Sequence record: SRR31156797_5029
Direction: 5' to 3' (one strand)
Length of the DNA: 64,000 bases
Position 1 is the first letter of the stretch. Each line of letters opens with the position of its first letter. The translations under genes were made by a program, and so were the position numbers. Of the stretch, positions 47,054 to 57,636 are shown in pieces. The notes under the pieces are model-generated. The model was not told the DNA's origin. It saw only the letters and a list, made by a program, of their open reading frames with translations, and made no database searches.

Positions 47054-48523
47054 ATGAAGATTAAGATATTCAATAGTTTATTTTGGAAAATATCAGGGAT
47101 ATTCCTTTTGATGATGATTGTTCTGGCGCTTATATTTGTTAGGATTTCGATCAATCTGTCGGAAGAATATCACATGGAGGCACAGCAAAAAATCAACAGA
47201 AACGTTGCGGAAGGTGCCCTAAAAGAAGTGAATCCGTTTTTTATCGATGGAGAGGTAAACGAACAGGCCTTGCATACAATTATGCATTCCATGATGGCGG
47301 TTAACCCAAGTATCGAGGTATACCTGCTTGATCCGGATGGAAAAATACTCACTTATGTAGTTCCTTACAAAGAAGTAAAATCCACAGATGTTTCACTTGA
47401 GCCCATTCATCAGTTTATGGAGGGTAATCATGATGAATATATTAAAGGTGAAGATCCAAGAAATCCGGGAGAACGCAAGGCATTTACCGCAGCCCCAATC
47501 GTGGAAAACGAACAAATGATGGGCTACCTCTACATTATCCTGGCCAGTAAGGAGTATACCGGTGCAATGGCTGTGCTGCAAAACAGTTATATCCTGGGTT
47601 TGGGCATGCGTACCATGATAGTCGCATTTCTGTTCACCACCATATTAGGACTAATTTCCATCGCCTTTATCACCAGGAACATCAACCGTATTGTTGCTGC
47701 AGTTAAAAAGTTCCGCGAAGGAGATCTTGATGCCCGGATACCGGTGAAATCGAAGGGTGAACTGTCGATGATGTCAGAGACTTTTAACAGTATGGCTTCC
47801 AATATCCAGAAAAACATCGAAGAGCTCAAAAGTGTTGAAAAACTTCGGCGTGAGCTGATTGCCAATGTCTCACACGACCTGCGTAGTCCGATAGCATCCA
47901 TACAGGGATTCACCGAAACCATCCTTTTAAAGAAGGATTCCCTTTCTGATGAACAATTCACCAAGTACCTGAAAATTATTTCACAAAATACCAATAACCT
48001 GAGTAAGCTGGTAAACGATCTTTTCGAGCTATCAAAGCTTGAGGCAAATCCCGAACAGATGCAGCCGGAGCCGCTTCAGATTGCTGAACTTGTTCAGGAT
48101 GTGGCTGATAAGTTCCGCATCATTGCTAAAGAGAAAAACATAAGCATCAACACCATTTTTTCCAAAAGCCTGCCCATGGTTTATGCCGATATCCAAATGA
48201 CTGACAGGGTTTTTCAGAATATCATCGACAATGCCATAAAATATTGTAACCAGGGGGATGTGGTGAGTATTGAACTTGAAATGAAAACCAAGGAGGTACT
48301 GGTGAGAATTAAAGATACCGGGACAGGTATTGCACAGGAGGATTTACCCTACATTTTTGATCGGTATTACAAAAAAATTAAAAACAAAGCCAATAGCACC
48401 GGCCTTGGGCTTGCCATTGTAAAGAAGATACTTGATCTGCATAAATCTTCCATCAGGGTATTTAGTGAGGTGAACCGCGGCACGACATTCGAATTTGGGT
48501 TACCGGTTTACCAGGCAACCTGA
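47054..48523 (+). CDS. HAMP-domain sensor histidine kinase
   Basis: Two TMs, HAMP, NVSHDLRSP, NIIDNA, DTGTGI, GLGLAI. Confidence 0.95.
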   Translation: MKIKIFNSLFWKISGIFLLMMIVLALIFVRISINLSEEYHMEAQQKINRNVAEGALKEVNPFFIDGEVNEQALHTIMHSMMAVNPSIEVYLLDPDGKILTYVVPYKEVKSTDVSLEPIHQFMEGNHDEYIKGEDPRNPGERKAFTAAPIVENEQMMGYLYIILASKEYTGAMAVLQNSYILGLGMRTMIVAFLFTTILGLISIAFITRNINRIVAAVKKFREGDLDARIPVKSKGELSMMSETFNSMASNIQKNIEELKSVEKLRRELIANVSHDLRSPIASIQGFTETILLKKDSLSDEQFTKYLKIISQNTNNLSKLVNDLFELSKLEANPEQMQPEPLQIAELVQDVADKFRIIAKEKNISINTIFSKSLPMVYADIQMTDRVFQNIIDNAIKYCNQGDVVSIELEMKTKEVLVRIKDTGTGIAQEDLPYIFDRYYKKIKNKANSTGLGLAIVKKILDLHKSSIRVFSEVNRGTTFEFGLPVYQAT

Positions 48524-48546
48524 TATTAAGTCTCAGAATAGATTTT

Positions 48547-48575
48547 AAAAGCTCACTATGTAGTGGGCTTTTTTT
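48547..48575 (+). terminator. Intrinsic terminator after the kinase gene
   Basis: AAAAGCTCACTA-TG-TAGTGGGCTTTTTTT. Confidence 0.75.
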
Positions 48576-48629
48576 ATGGATCAAAAGATAAACCATCAAA
48601 AACCTGACTTTCACACTTTCTTTACTTTC

Positions 48630-48646
48630 TTGTGATCTTTCCGTGA
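48630..48646 (+). promoter_or_regulatory. Putative OmpR-type tandem binding box upstream of the lipoprotein gene
   Basis: TTGTGATCTTTCCGTGA, same layout as the 46216 box. Confidence 0.55.
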
Positions 48647-48699
48647 AGTTTCAAGTGCTTCTTTGCAGTGTAAATAATTTATTACTCATGAAAATTTTA

Positions 48700-49617
48700 A
48701 TGAAAATGAAACTCACAAGAATTGCACTATTAAGTTTAGCCGCCATGCTCATCATGGCTTCATGTAAAAAGGATAACGACGACAATCCAACTCCTGATCC
48801 AAACCCATCACCCTCCACCAAGGAATTAAAGCTTAGTTTTAGCGGTCTGGAAAACCTGGGAATGGACTATGCCTATGAGGGCTGGATTATGGTTGACGGC
48901 AGCCCTGTAACAACCGGAACATTCATGGTTGATGACAACGGAAACCTCTCGAAATCTTCTTTTATGATTGATGAAACACAACTGAACAAGGCCACTGCCT
49001 TTATTCTAACCATCGAACCCTATCCGGACAATGACCCTGCACCAAGTGATGTACATGTTCTGGCAGGAGATTTTTCATCTGCTTCAGCTGATCTGACTGT
49101 AAACCACATGGCTGCGCTTGGTAATGATTTTATGAACGCCATGGGTTATTACATACTGGCAACGCCCACCACATCCACTATGGATGATGAACTGAGTGGT
49201 GTTTGGTTTTTGGACCTTTCTTCAGGATCTCCTGCAAAAGGTTTACAACTCCCGGAACTTCCTGCGGGTTGGGTTTACGAAGGCTGGGCCGTCACCGATG
49301 GTGTACCGGTTTCAACAGGAAGGTTTTCGATGGCTGACATGGCCGATTATGCGGCACCATACAGTGCAACAGATGCAGGATCGCCACCATTTCCAGGTGA
49401 AGATTTTATCATGAATGCGCCGGCAGGCCTTTCCTTCCCAACAGAGTTAAATGGCGGACTGGCAGTGATCAGTATCGAACCGGAACCGGACAACAGCCCC
49501 AATCCGTTTGCCTTAAAGCCACTGGTTGGAGAAATCTCAATGAGCGCAATGGATCACACAACGTATATGCTCGATAATAACTCAGGATCATTCCCCACAG
49601 GAATGGCTACTCGCTAA
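48700..49617 (+). CDS. Lipoprotein with duplicated RskA/anti-sigma-K C-terminal-like domains
   Basis: Lipobox IMASC. Internal duplication YEGWIMVDGSPVTTGTF / YEGWAVTDGVPVSTGRF and LTIEPYPDND / ISIEPEPDNS. Start at 48688, 48700 or 48706. Confidence 0.75.
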   Translation: MKMKLTRIALLSLAAMLIMASCKKDNDDNPTPDPNPSPSTKELKLSFSGLENLGMDYAYEGWIMVDGSPVTTGTFMVDDNGNLSKSSFMIDETQLNKATAFILTIEPYPDNDPAPSDVHVLAGDFSSASADLTVNHMAALGNDFMNAMGYYILATPTTSTMDDELSGVWFLDLSSGSPAKGLQLPELPAGWVYEGWAVTDGVPVSTGRFSMADMADYAAPYSATDAGSPPFPGEDFIMNAPAGLSFPTELNGGLAVISIEPEPDNSPNPFALKPLVGEISMSAMDHTTYMLDNNSGSFPTGMATR

Positions 49618-49647
49618 CCTCATTCATAACTCAAATCACTATTACCG

Positions 49648-49681
49648 AAAGCCGGTGCAGCATGCTGCACCGGCTTTTTTG
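49648..49681. terminator. Bidirectional terminator (30-bp perfect palindrome)
   Basis: AAAGCCGGTGCAGCATGCTGCACCGGCTTT followed by a T-run. Confidence 0.85.
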
Positions 49682-49696
49682 TAGGATTAACAGTTG

Positions 49697-51652
49697 TTAT
49701 TTACTATGAACCAATTTTTGTCTGAAACTATTATTACCATTCCGGTCAAGAAATATCCCCTGCCCGTCCCATTCGCTAACGTTCAGTATATTTTTATTGA
49801 TACCCATCATTTTTTCAGCTTTGACCACTTTTCCCATTGATTCTGTATTTCTATTCAGGCTATTCTGAAACCAGCTGAATGTATCATCACCCGCATAATC
49901 CCAAAAATATCCGTTACCCCTCAGGTCGCCAATGCCAACACTTCTATTGCCAAAATGATATGTGTCATTACCTGATATTTCAATAAACCATCCGGTACTA
50001 TAATCTCTTCCTGATCCCATTGTTTGTGTTACAGCTGTTGAGTCAGATAACATATTATAGTTATCGTCTCCCTTTGATTCTAAAAATATGCCATTGGCAA
50101 AATGCGCCGCATAACCCTGACTATGAGAGACGGCCAGGTAGTTATCTTTTCCTGATCGATCAAAACAGGCACCAAAGCCAAAATAATAACCAGCCCCCTG
50201 CGAAAAACTCCTGGCTACATAATGATCATCTCCAGCAAAATCCAACAGGAAACCGTATCCACCTCCAAGGCTGTGCCCGTCAGAAGCTTCGGCCCACCGG
50301 CCTGCAGCAGAGCCCTGAACAAATGAAAATAAATTTGATTCCTGTGTTTCGGGCCTGACATTATAGTTGTCGTTGCCCTTGATGTCAATCAGCAATCCAA
50401 CACCCATCGTTGAACCAAAACCCTGCGACATGTTTTTTCCCAGGTACACATCGTTACCGGAAGCGTCCAATAAAATACTCACGCCGCAAATCGCTGAAGC
50501 CATTGAATAATCGGACTTGCATTCATAAACATCATCTCCTGCTGCATCAAAAAGGATTGATGTTCCTAACATAGAAAACCCTAATCCTGATAAATTCGAA
50601 GAATAAGTGTCATCACCCTCCATATCGCAGAGCATACCGATCCCCTGAATGCCTGAAGCAAGATGGCCAGCATCACTCTCATAAATGTCGTTTCCTGCAA
50701 AATCTACCAACATACTGATGGGCTGCCGGCAGTTTTGGGGACAGGCATGATCGCCTTGATAAACATCGTTTCCTCCTATATCTACCAGAAGGGCAAAAGC
50801 ACCTTGAATTGTATCACTCTCTTCACCAAATATCCCGATTTTCCCAAGTTCTGTATTGATTATACAGGATGAAAAGCCCGTTTCAAAGGTGATGTTTTGC
50901 GCTTTAATCAGCCTGTTAACTTGTTCAGCTAAAATTCGCGATGCATAAGAAAGCTTTTTGAAGTCGTAATTCTTAATGATTTTGATAGCATTGAAATCTG
51001 CCAATTCTCTGGTTTTCCAGGGTTCAATAAGTTTTGGATAAGATATGTTTCCGGGACTGGTAATTTGGCCATTCGAAGAGTTGTATGCCTGCATTAAAAT
51101 TTCGTGAGATCGTTCAAGCACAAAAATTGTTTTTAGTATTTCGAGGCGAAATGATTCGGGAATTTTTTTCCATTCAAGCATGTTCCGTGCCTTAAAAGAT
51201 AAACCAACAGTTTGCTTAAGCAGGTTGATGGCTTCCATTTCATTCCGTTTTAAAACCACCTGAGGGTAATAATTTCCCGTACCTGCCAGCGGCGGGCCAA
51301 CCCCTCCGGCAGGTGCATCCAGCAAACGAAAAGCGTTGTGCAATACCCCAGTTATTGATGTGCCACTTTCTTCGGGCTGCAACAAAAATTGAGACAAAAA
51401 ATCCGGGATTTTTAAATGGTCATCATAGAATAATTCCATGGTTGACGGGATCAAATCTACGCCTAAGCCGTGTTTGATCTCACTAAAACCAGGATAGCCG
51501 GATTTGTAATCATAATTTGAATGCGCCAGCTCATCAAGAAAATTTGTTGACAAGTGCTCATTTCTTTTGTGGATTGTATGGTCACTTAAACATGAATAAA
51601 ACAGAACCATACAAATCAATAACAATGAGGATTTTCTTGTGTGATTTACCAT
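49697..51652 (-). CDS. Hypothetical lipoprotein with (L/F)xDxxGxDxY repeats
   Basis: LFYSC lipobox-like motif and about 10 repeats such as LVDIGGNDVY, LFDAAGDDVY, LLDFAGDDHY. Confidence 0.75.
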   Translation of the reverse strand: MVNHTRKSSLLLICMVLFYSCLSDHTIHKRNEHLSTNFLDELAHSNYDYKSGYPGFSEIKHGLGVDLIPSTMELFYDDHLKIPDFLSQFLLQPEESGTSITGVLHNAFRLLDAPAGGVGPPLAGTGNYYPQVVLKRNEMEAINLLKQTVGLSFKARNMLEWKKIPESFRLEILKTIFVLERSHEILMQAYNSSNGQITSPGNISYPKLIEPWKTRELADFNAIKIIKNYDFKKLSYASRILAEQVNRLIKAQNITFETGFSSCIINTELGKIGIFGEESDTIQGAFALLVDIGGNDVYQGDHACPQNCRQPISMLVDFAGNDIYESDAGHLASGIQGIGMLCDMEGDDTYSSNLSGLGFSMLGTSILFDAAGDDVYECKSDYSMASAICGVSILLDASGNDVYLGKNMSQGFGSTMGVGLLIDIKGNDNYNVRPETQESNLFSFVQGSAAGRWAEASDGHSLGGGYGFLLDFAGDDHYVARSFSQGAGYYFGFGACFDRSGKDNYLAVSHSQGYAAHFANGIFLESKGDDNYNMLSDSTAVTQTMGSGRDYSTGWFIEISGNDTYHFGNRSVGIGDLRGNGYFWDYAGDDTFSWFQNSLNRNTESMGKVVKAEKMMGINKNILNVSEWDGQGIFLDRNGNNSFRQKLVHSK

Positions 51653-52821
51653 CTTGAAATTGCCTTCTTATCGAATTGGAATTTTAAAAAATTGGTGGAG
51701 TCCGGCCTGTCAGGGGCTATATATAAAACCGGGTTTTCGCTTAACTCCATAATCAGACAGCCAAAAGTGCCTTGATTACAAATGGGTTCGATCTCCGGCT
51801 GAGCCGAACTTAAAATAGCCCTGATGTTCCCTTCATTCAGTTTATAGTCATATGATTCAATTTTGTCATACGCCAAAAAATATCTGGGACAGTAATAAGG
51901 CGAGTCAACAGTCTTACCATAATGTTTTAATAAATCAATAAATGCATTGTTGAAATCTCTGTTTGCAATTGAAAAGTTGGTATGTAATGTGATGTTGTGT
52001 TCTTTAAACGGATAAAATTCAGCAAGTTCGTTTGCTGAGCATTCAAAACACTTTGCCTCTGCTATGCCGCCAATGGTAAAGCATTGAGGTATACCGGTTT
52101 TAACTTTTTCAATAACCCCAAAAGCTTTATGTTCCGAATCCATGCTAAGTATTTTACGCACCATAAATGCTACCGGTAATCCGTTTCCGGAATAATTAAG
52201 CATGGAAATGCCATTGCAGGTTATACCGACGGCATTTGAATTTAAACCGTTAAGCCCGATAAAACCGGGAAAAGTGAATACATAACTCTGCAGGTTTGAA
52301 TTTGGGGTAGTAAGGTGAAGCAATACGGGAGTTCCGTGCAGGAATTGTGGTGGATCCATGTTCTGAGCCAAAATGGTATTGCTTGAGTCTGTTTTGTTTA
52401 TGCTTATTGAAGTGCAATTGCCCAGGTTCATATCTGCTCCCAACAAATCCAATTCTTCGCTCATCTGAAATGTTAATATGGTTTCGTAAGCAATACCTGA
52501 ACCATCAGCAATGCCATTGACTTCTTCCAGCAACTCCGGACAGTATTTTTTAATTGTATCTACAAAAGTGGTTGATACCAAAAAATCATCACGAATTCTG
52601 GTAAATTTTTGCTCGCTATTCTCCTCAACAATTTGTATCCACCGATTTGTAATATCCAGTATTTCATCTTTCATCAGGGCCCCGTGTTTCAAACCATTCT
52701 CATACGGAGAGCCAGACAGGTGTAGAATTACAAGGCCATCTTTTATTTCCTTATTGCTTTGCCTGGTGCAGGCCGAGCAGAAAAAGATGATCACAAAAAG
52801 AAATCCAGTGCATTTCATCAT
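51646..52821 (-). CDS. C45-family (Ntn-hydrolase) peptidase/acyltransferase, lipoprotein
   Basis: GSPYENGLKHG, EEVNGIADG, NCTS nucleophile site, AQNMD, GLNSNAV, HTN. Confidence 0.85.
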   Translation of the reverse strand: MMKCTGFLFVIIFFCSACTRQSNKEIKDGLVILHLSGSPYENGLKHGALMKDEILDITNRWIQIVEENSEQKFTRIRDDFLVSTTFVDTIKKYCPELLEEVNGIADGSGIAYETILTFQMSEELDLLGADMNLGNCTSISINKTDSSNTILAQNMDPPQFLHGTPVLLHLTTPNSNLQSYVFTFPGFIGLNGLNSNAVGITCNGISMLNYSGNGLPVAFMVRKILSMDSEHKAFGVIEKVKTGIPQCFTIGGIAEAKCFECSANELAEFYPFKEHNITLHTNFSIANRDFNNAFIDLLKHYGKTVDSPYYCPRYFLAYDKIESYDYKLNEGNIRAILSSAQPEIEPICNQGTFGCLIMELSENPVLYIAPDRPDSTNFLKFQFDKKAISRW

Positions 52822-52824
52822 GAA

Positions 52825-53832
52825 TTATGGTTTTAATAAAAATTCAATTCCCTTATCGATCTGACTTGCCTGATCAGGCGGATATGTATGCCCCATTCCT
52901 TCGATCACAATGTGTTTGTGGTCGATATTATTTTGTGAACAAAATTCGGCCAGCTCGTATTGTTTTGTCAGGTAGAAGTCTTCAGATCCTCCAATAAAAT
53001 AAACGCCTACAGGCGTTTCTGACAGGCTTTCATTCTGACTAATGTTTGGCATTCCCGGACAAAATGCAAGTGTGCCTTTTGCAGGAACTGTTTGGTTTAG
53101 CAAAACATCAATGGCAAAATTTGCACCGGCGGATATGCCGGCCAAAATGATACGATCAGGGTCAACAGCATAGTTATTAATAACATTTTGAAATACAACT
53201 TTTAATTCATCCTTGCCTCTCTCATCACCTGTTCTCCAGCCGTAGTTAAATGAATCGTAGTGCCGGTATGACTGAACATATACTTTAATGAATTCTTCTG
53301 TCAGTTTTGCTGAATGCCAGTGCATTTTTACTTTTTGTAGGTTGCTGCCACCTCCATGCAAAATCATGATGAGCGGATACAGGGTTTCGGGATTATAATT
53401 TTCAGGTACTACAACATCAAAAATTGACCGGGACCTGGCCAATGCTTGTGATCTTAAATCCTGATCAACAGCAGCAAGTGTGTCAAACTCAACAAATACT
53501 GTGTAAGGTTTACAAAAAGGCAGTGCCGGGTGCAACAGGAAGAACAATTCTTTTTCGTGCCCCATTTTATAAATTTCCAGATTGGCCTTGTAATTATTGA
53601 ATTTCTCGTTGATCGAAATAATTTTTTTTGCCAGAAAAAACCATTGTTCTGCCGGAATATCATTCTCCAGCCAGTTGAATGTAGCCTCTGCCTCAGTTGC
53701 AGTTTCGATGGTATTCAGTTTTGCAATCAACGAATCGGTTGCGTTTATTTGAGCATCAATGTTTACAGGGATAATCAGGTTTAAAACAATAGCCAGGATA
53801 ACCCAGGCTCTGCAATGGCTGAAATCTGTCAT
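52825..53832 (-). CDS. Exported alpha/beta hydrolase (esterase-like)
   Basis: YPLIMILHGGG, VDPDRIILAGISAGA (GxSxG), EGMGH. Confidence 0.85.
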   Translation of the reverse strand: MTDFSHCRAWVILAIVLNLIIPVNIDAQINATDSLIAKLNTIETATEAEATFNWLENDIPAEQWFFLAKKIISINEKFNNYKANLEIYKMGHEKELFFLLHPALPFCKPYTVFVEFDTLAAVDQDLRSQALARSRSIFDVVVPENYNPETLYPLIMILHGGGSNLQKVKMHWHSAKLTEEFIKVYVQSYRHYDSFNYGWRTGDERGKDELKVVFQNVINNYAVDPDRIILAGISAGANFAIDVLLNQTVPAKGTLAFCPGMPNISQNESLSETPVGVYFIGGSEDFYLTKQYELAEFCSQNNIDHKHIVIEGMGHTYPPDQASQIDKGIEFLLKP

Positions 53833-53953
53833 CTCTTTAAAAAATTTATCAGTATAATTGGGTGAAATTCATAGTCACCGCAAGGTACAACGGATAAATT
53901 TGAGATATAGAAAGTTTTCGCTGAGTGGTAATTATTCTCGGCGACAGGCAGAA

Positions 53954-54670
53954 TTACGTATACCTTTTCCTGAACTCACTGTATTTTCTGCGGCTTACGG
54001 GAATTTTAAAATCCATTCCGCTTACCAGAATTTCTTTTAAATCTGAAGATCGTCGGTTAATTGTTTCGATGTGATCAACATTTACAACATATGAGCGATG
54101 TGTCTGGATGAATTTATCTGCCGGGAGGCTTTGTATCCACAGATTTATGCTTCGATGCATAATTCCTTTCAGGCCGTTGCCGGTATAAATGTTCGTATAA
54201 TCTCCATTGGCTTCAATACAGAGGATGTTGGATACGTCGACCAGATGTGATGCCCTTCCCGTTTGAATCAGGATTTTATCATCATATTTGAGTTGTACGT
54301 CATTTTGGGGTCCTTGATTTTCATTTAGCCGTGCAACAGCAGCTTTTAACCTGTCAGGATGGACAGGCTTTAACAGATAATCCAATGCATTCACCTCAAA
54401 TGCTCTGATGGCGTAGCTATCAAAAGCAGTTACAAAAATTACCTGAAATTTCATGGGTACAATTTCCAGCAAATCAAAGCCAGTGCCTGATCCTAAATCA
54501 ATATCCAGAAACAGTAAATCCGGAGAATAAGCCTCTATTTTTTTTCTGGCGTCTTCAACTGATGACGCTTCAGCAACAACCTCTGTTTCAGTTATGGATG
54601 CCAGGAGGCGCTTCAATTCAAAACATGCCAGGGGCTCATCATCAATCAGGATTGTTTTCCAGGTTTTCAT
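53954..54670 (-). CDS. LytTR-family response regulator
   Basis: IDDEPLA, FLDI, FVTAFD.YAIRAFEVNALDYLLKP, FIQTHRSYVVN, IPVSRR. Confidence 0.95.
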   Translation of the reverse strand: MKTWKTILIDDEPLACFELKRLLASITETEVVAEASSVEDARKKIEAYSPDLLFLDIDLGSGTGFDLLEIVPMKFQVIFVTAFDSYAIRAFEVNALDYLLKPVHPDRLKAAVARLNENQGPQNDVQLKYDDKILIQTGRASHLVDVSNILCIEANGDYTNIYTGNGLKGIMHRSINLWIQSLPADKFIQTHRSYVVNVDHIETINRRSSDLKEILVSGMDFKIPVSRRKYSEFRKRYT

Positions 54671-55730
54671 TCAGTGTGCAATCTGTGGATAATTGGATGT
54701 GGGCTATGACCTTCCCTTTTTCTTCCCGCAGGTCAAAACTGAAATTGGGATCCAGATACTTCAGCCTGCTTTTCAGGTTTTTGAGGCCGGTTTGGGATCC
54801 TAGTTTGTGATTTTGGCTTTCCTCCGCACGATATAGCTTTCCGTTATTTTTTACAATAAGGTTTAACTGATCATTTTCCAGAAACACATCAATTTCAATC
54901 AGTAGTCCCCCGTCGTTTGTTTTAAAACCGTATTTAATGGCATTTTCAACAAGTGTCTGGAGCGAAAATGCAGGAATCTTACAGTGTTGACTTGCACTGG
55001 CGATCCGTTTCTCAATGTTTAGCTTATCCTGAAACCGGGTTTTCTGGATCGACAAGTAGCTGTCAACGGCGCTTACTTCTTCGTTGACATGCACAACAGT
55101 TTTATTTTCGATGGTCAGGCTATAGCGGAAATATTCTGAAAGTTCGGTGATTATTTCGCGGGCGTGTGCATTGTTTTTACCAATGAGAGCTCTGGTGCTG
55201 TTTAATGCATTAAACAGGAAGTGCGGATTAATCTGATACCTGAGCATCATCCATTTTGCCTCCTGGGCCAGCGCCTCGGCCTTGAGCTTTTCTTCCCTTG
55301 CCCTAACGGCATTTAACCGGTTTTTTGTAAGGGCATATAAAACCAGAACAAATGTGATTGGGATATAAAAATGAAGACTCTGTATGAAAAAGAAATTATC
55401 AATATGTGGGGGAGCAAATCCTATGAGTGACCTGATTGAAAGGGATATGACATTGGCGGCGATTGCTCCAAAATAGATGAAAATCAGCAGTAAAAACCGA
55501 AAACGTGATTTTTTATAACGATCGCTTACATATTCTAAACTGAGTATGAAAAGGCCGCTGATAACAAAAATGGCCAATGCTTCAATCGCCCTTACGGATA
55601 ACGGGATGCCTAAGCCGGGACTGGTTTTCGGATTTTGCGACCATTGAACCACAGTGATGGCAAACCAGATTATGATTCCTGTGATCTGTGCAAGTAAATA
55701 TTGAGGTTTTATTTGCAGAAACTTTTTCAT
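54642..55730 (-). CDS. LytS-type sensor histidine kinase
   Basis: QINPHFLFNALN, QTLVENAIKYG, GLKNLKSRL, four TMs. Confidence 0.95.
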   Translation of the reverse strand: MKKFLQIKPQYLLAQITGIIIWFAITVVQWSQNPKTSPGLGIPLSVRAIEALAIFVISGLFILSLEYVSDRYKKSRFRFLLLIFIYFGAIAANVISLSIRSLIGFAPPHIDNFFFIQSLHFYIPITFVLVLYALTKNRLNAVRAREEKLKAEALAQEAKWMMLRYQINPHFLFNALNSTRALIGKNNAHAREIITELSEYFRYSLTIENKTVVHVNEEVSAVDSYLSIQKTRFQDKLNIEKRIASASQHCKIPAFSLQTLVENAIKYGFKTNDGGLLIEIDVFLENDQLNLIVKNNGKLYRAEESQNHKLGSQTGLKNLKSRLKYLDPNFSFDLREEKGKVIAHIQLSTDCTLNENLENNPD

Positions 55731-55842
55731 TTCAAAAAATACAGGTCAGTGTTTCATGAAAAAATGTGAGCAACTCTAACCCCTTTTTTAGACCAAAGAT
55801 AGTTCATATCTAACAATAGACGATGTAAATCACCTAAAGTAT

Positions 55843-57636
55843 TTACCGGTCAGGGAATTCAGTCAATGTTAATACGTCCACAACCAGATTATCAACCAGG
55901 AACAATTCATCAGAATCCGCATTAAAGAAAAACACCCTGAGTTGATCTTCAGGATTTTGCAATGCAGGAAGTTCACAGGAAAATTCAATATAAGTCCAAT
56001 CATTTTGCCGATTGTATTCATGTAGGAAAAAAGGTTTATAGAAATAAAACTTCCCCTGATTTTCGAGCTGAATGATCATTTGAGCATTTGATGATTTTTT
56101 GTTTGAGTAGATATGCCCCGAAACTCTCACCATCACATTCTCACCTTTATACAACGGCTGAGCATCAACCAGCAAACCAATGCTGTAATCGTTCACTTTT
56201 CCTGCCTGAGATGCATTAGCACCTCCATAAGCCAATGAATCTGTAACCGAAGCATAATTCAACCAGCCATAGTCTTCTTCAAAATCATTTGTAAAAGTCT
56301 CTTTTGCTATGATTAATTCCTCAGGGAGCTGCACCCTTGCCGCTGGAATAGTCCTGGGGAATGAGTCTTTGTAAATTTGAAAAGTGACTTCGCCCGGAGG
56401 AAAAATATACCTGTAATGTTGGTAGAACTGAAAGCTGTTGAGGGCAATGAGGAGAGCAAAAACGGTAATCATCAGGTTATGGAGCAGTTTGATCTTTTGA
56501 ATCATGATGTTCACGAATCCTAATAATATGGCAAGGAGTGGGTAAATATCTATGAAAGTACGGTTGCCGAAATTGGATGTGAAATTCCAGCAAAACCAAC
56601 TCGACTGTACATAAATGAAAACAACAAGGAAGAGCACTAACCACAAGAATTGAAATTTGTTTTTGCGGAAAAGATAGATCAAACCACCCATGGCTATCAA
56701 AGCAATGGGCGTATAGATGAACCATCCCTTATCAAAGCTGAAAAGTATCTGGAAAACGTAGGGGTCAGTGAAATCAAAACCTTTGTCACCATAGGAATAA
56801 ACGATCCATTTTCCGGATTGCAAGAACCATAAAAGCATCATGATAAAAGGAAAGAATGCTCCTGCAAAAGCGATGGATAAAATGTTTCGAGGTGTACCGA
56901 AACTTTTTCCAATCAGCCCGATTAGTTTTTTATAAGATCCTGCAATAAATGGGACCAACAGAATTGCAAGTCCATTGGTAGGACGAATGATAACGATGAG
57001 GCCAAAAATTAATGTGGCAAGTGCAATTTTTGAAAGTCTGAAGTTTTCAACTGCTTGTTTTATTAAAAGTAAAAATGCTGAAATTGCTGCAAAGCTGTAC
57101 ACATGGCTCATTGCACCTTCCTTCAGTACATAATAATTCAGATTGGTGCCGAGGGCAATCAAGACAAGGATCAGTGCCGTTTGCTTTTCTGAAAAACCGA
57201 AAGATATCAGTAGGTTCCTGAGTAATTTCAATCCCAGCCATAAATAAAACAGTGCTGCCAGCCCAATGGCATATTGATAAATGATGGAATAGCCATCAGC
57301 AGGAAAGCCTAAGATTATGGAAAGAAAATGGGCGATGAGGAAGAAGGGCAGGAATAAAAATGCCAGTCCGGGAAAATAAACATTCACCTTTTTACCATCG
57401 ACATCAAGGCGGAAATCCTTGATTTTATCATGGCCGTAGTATTTGGCTTCATAATCCTCGATGAATGAATAGTCCAGGTCATCATAGATAAAAATCGCGG
57501 TGAGGTATCCGTAATATCCCAGTCCATCGCTGATCAAAACCCGGTCGAAACGATCTCCCGGATTTTTCACCAAAAAAAAAGCTATGAGATAGATTCCCAG
57601 CAAAATTTCAGGTGTGTATTTTGAGAGTTTGCTCAT
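55843..57636 (-). CDS. Multi-TM protein, probable GT-C glycosyltransferase
   Basis: SDGLGYYGYL, MSH, IRPTN, GWFIYTP, FGNR motifs and a C-terminal soluble domain. Confidence 0.7.
   Translation of the reverse strand: MSKLSKYTPEILLGIYLIAFFLVKNPGDRFDRVLISDGLGYYGYLTAIFIYDDLDYSFIEDYEAKYYGHDKIKDFRLDVDGKKVNVYFPGLAFLFLPFFLIAHFLSIILGFPADGYSIIYQYAIGLAALFYLWLGLKLLRNLLISFGFSEKQTALILVLIALGTNLNYYVLKEGAMSHVYSFAAISAFLLLIKQAVENFRLSKIALATLIFGLIVIIRPTNGLAILLVPFIAGSYKKLIGLIGKSFGTPRNILSIAFAGAFFPFIMMLLWFLQSGKWIVYSYGDKGFDFTDPYVFQILFSFDKGWFIYTPIALIAMGGLIYLFRKNKFQFLWLVLFLVVFIYVQSSWFCWNFTSNFGNRTFIDIYPLLAILLGFVNIMIQKIKLLHNLMITVFALLIALNSFQFYQHYRYIFPPGEVTFQIYKDSFPRTIPAARVQLPEELIIAKETFTNDFEEDYGWLNYASVTDSLAYGGANASQAGKVNDYSIGLLVDAQPLYKGENVMVRVSGHIYSNKKSSNAQMIIQLENQGKFYFYKPFFLHEYNRQNDWTYIEFSCELPALQNPEDQLRVFFFNADSDELFLVDNLVVDVLTLTEFPDR

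Noticed and set aside
49648-49677. 30-bp perfect palindrome as a mobile-element end
   Set aside because: Its position between convergent genes with A/T tails fits a bidirectional terminator.
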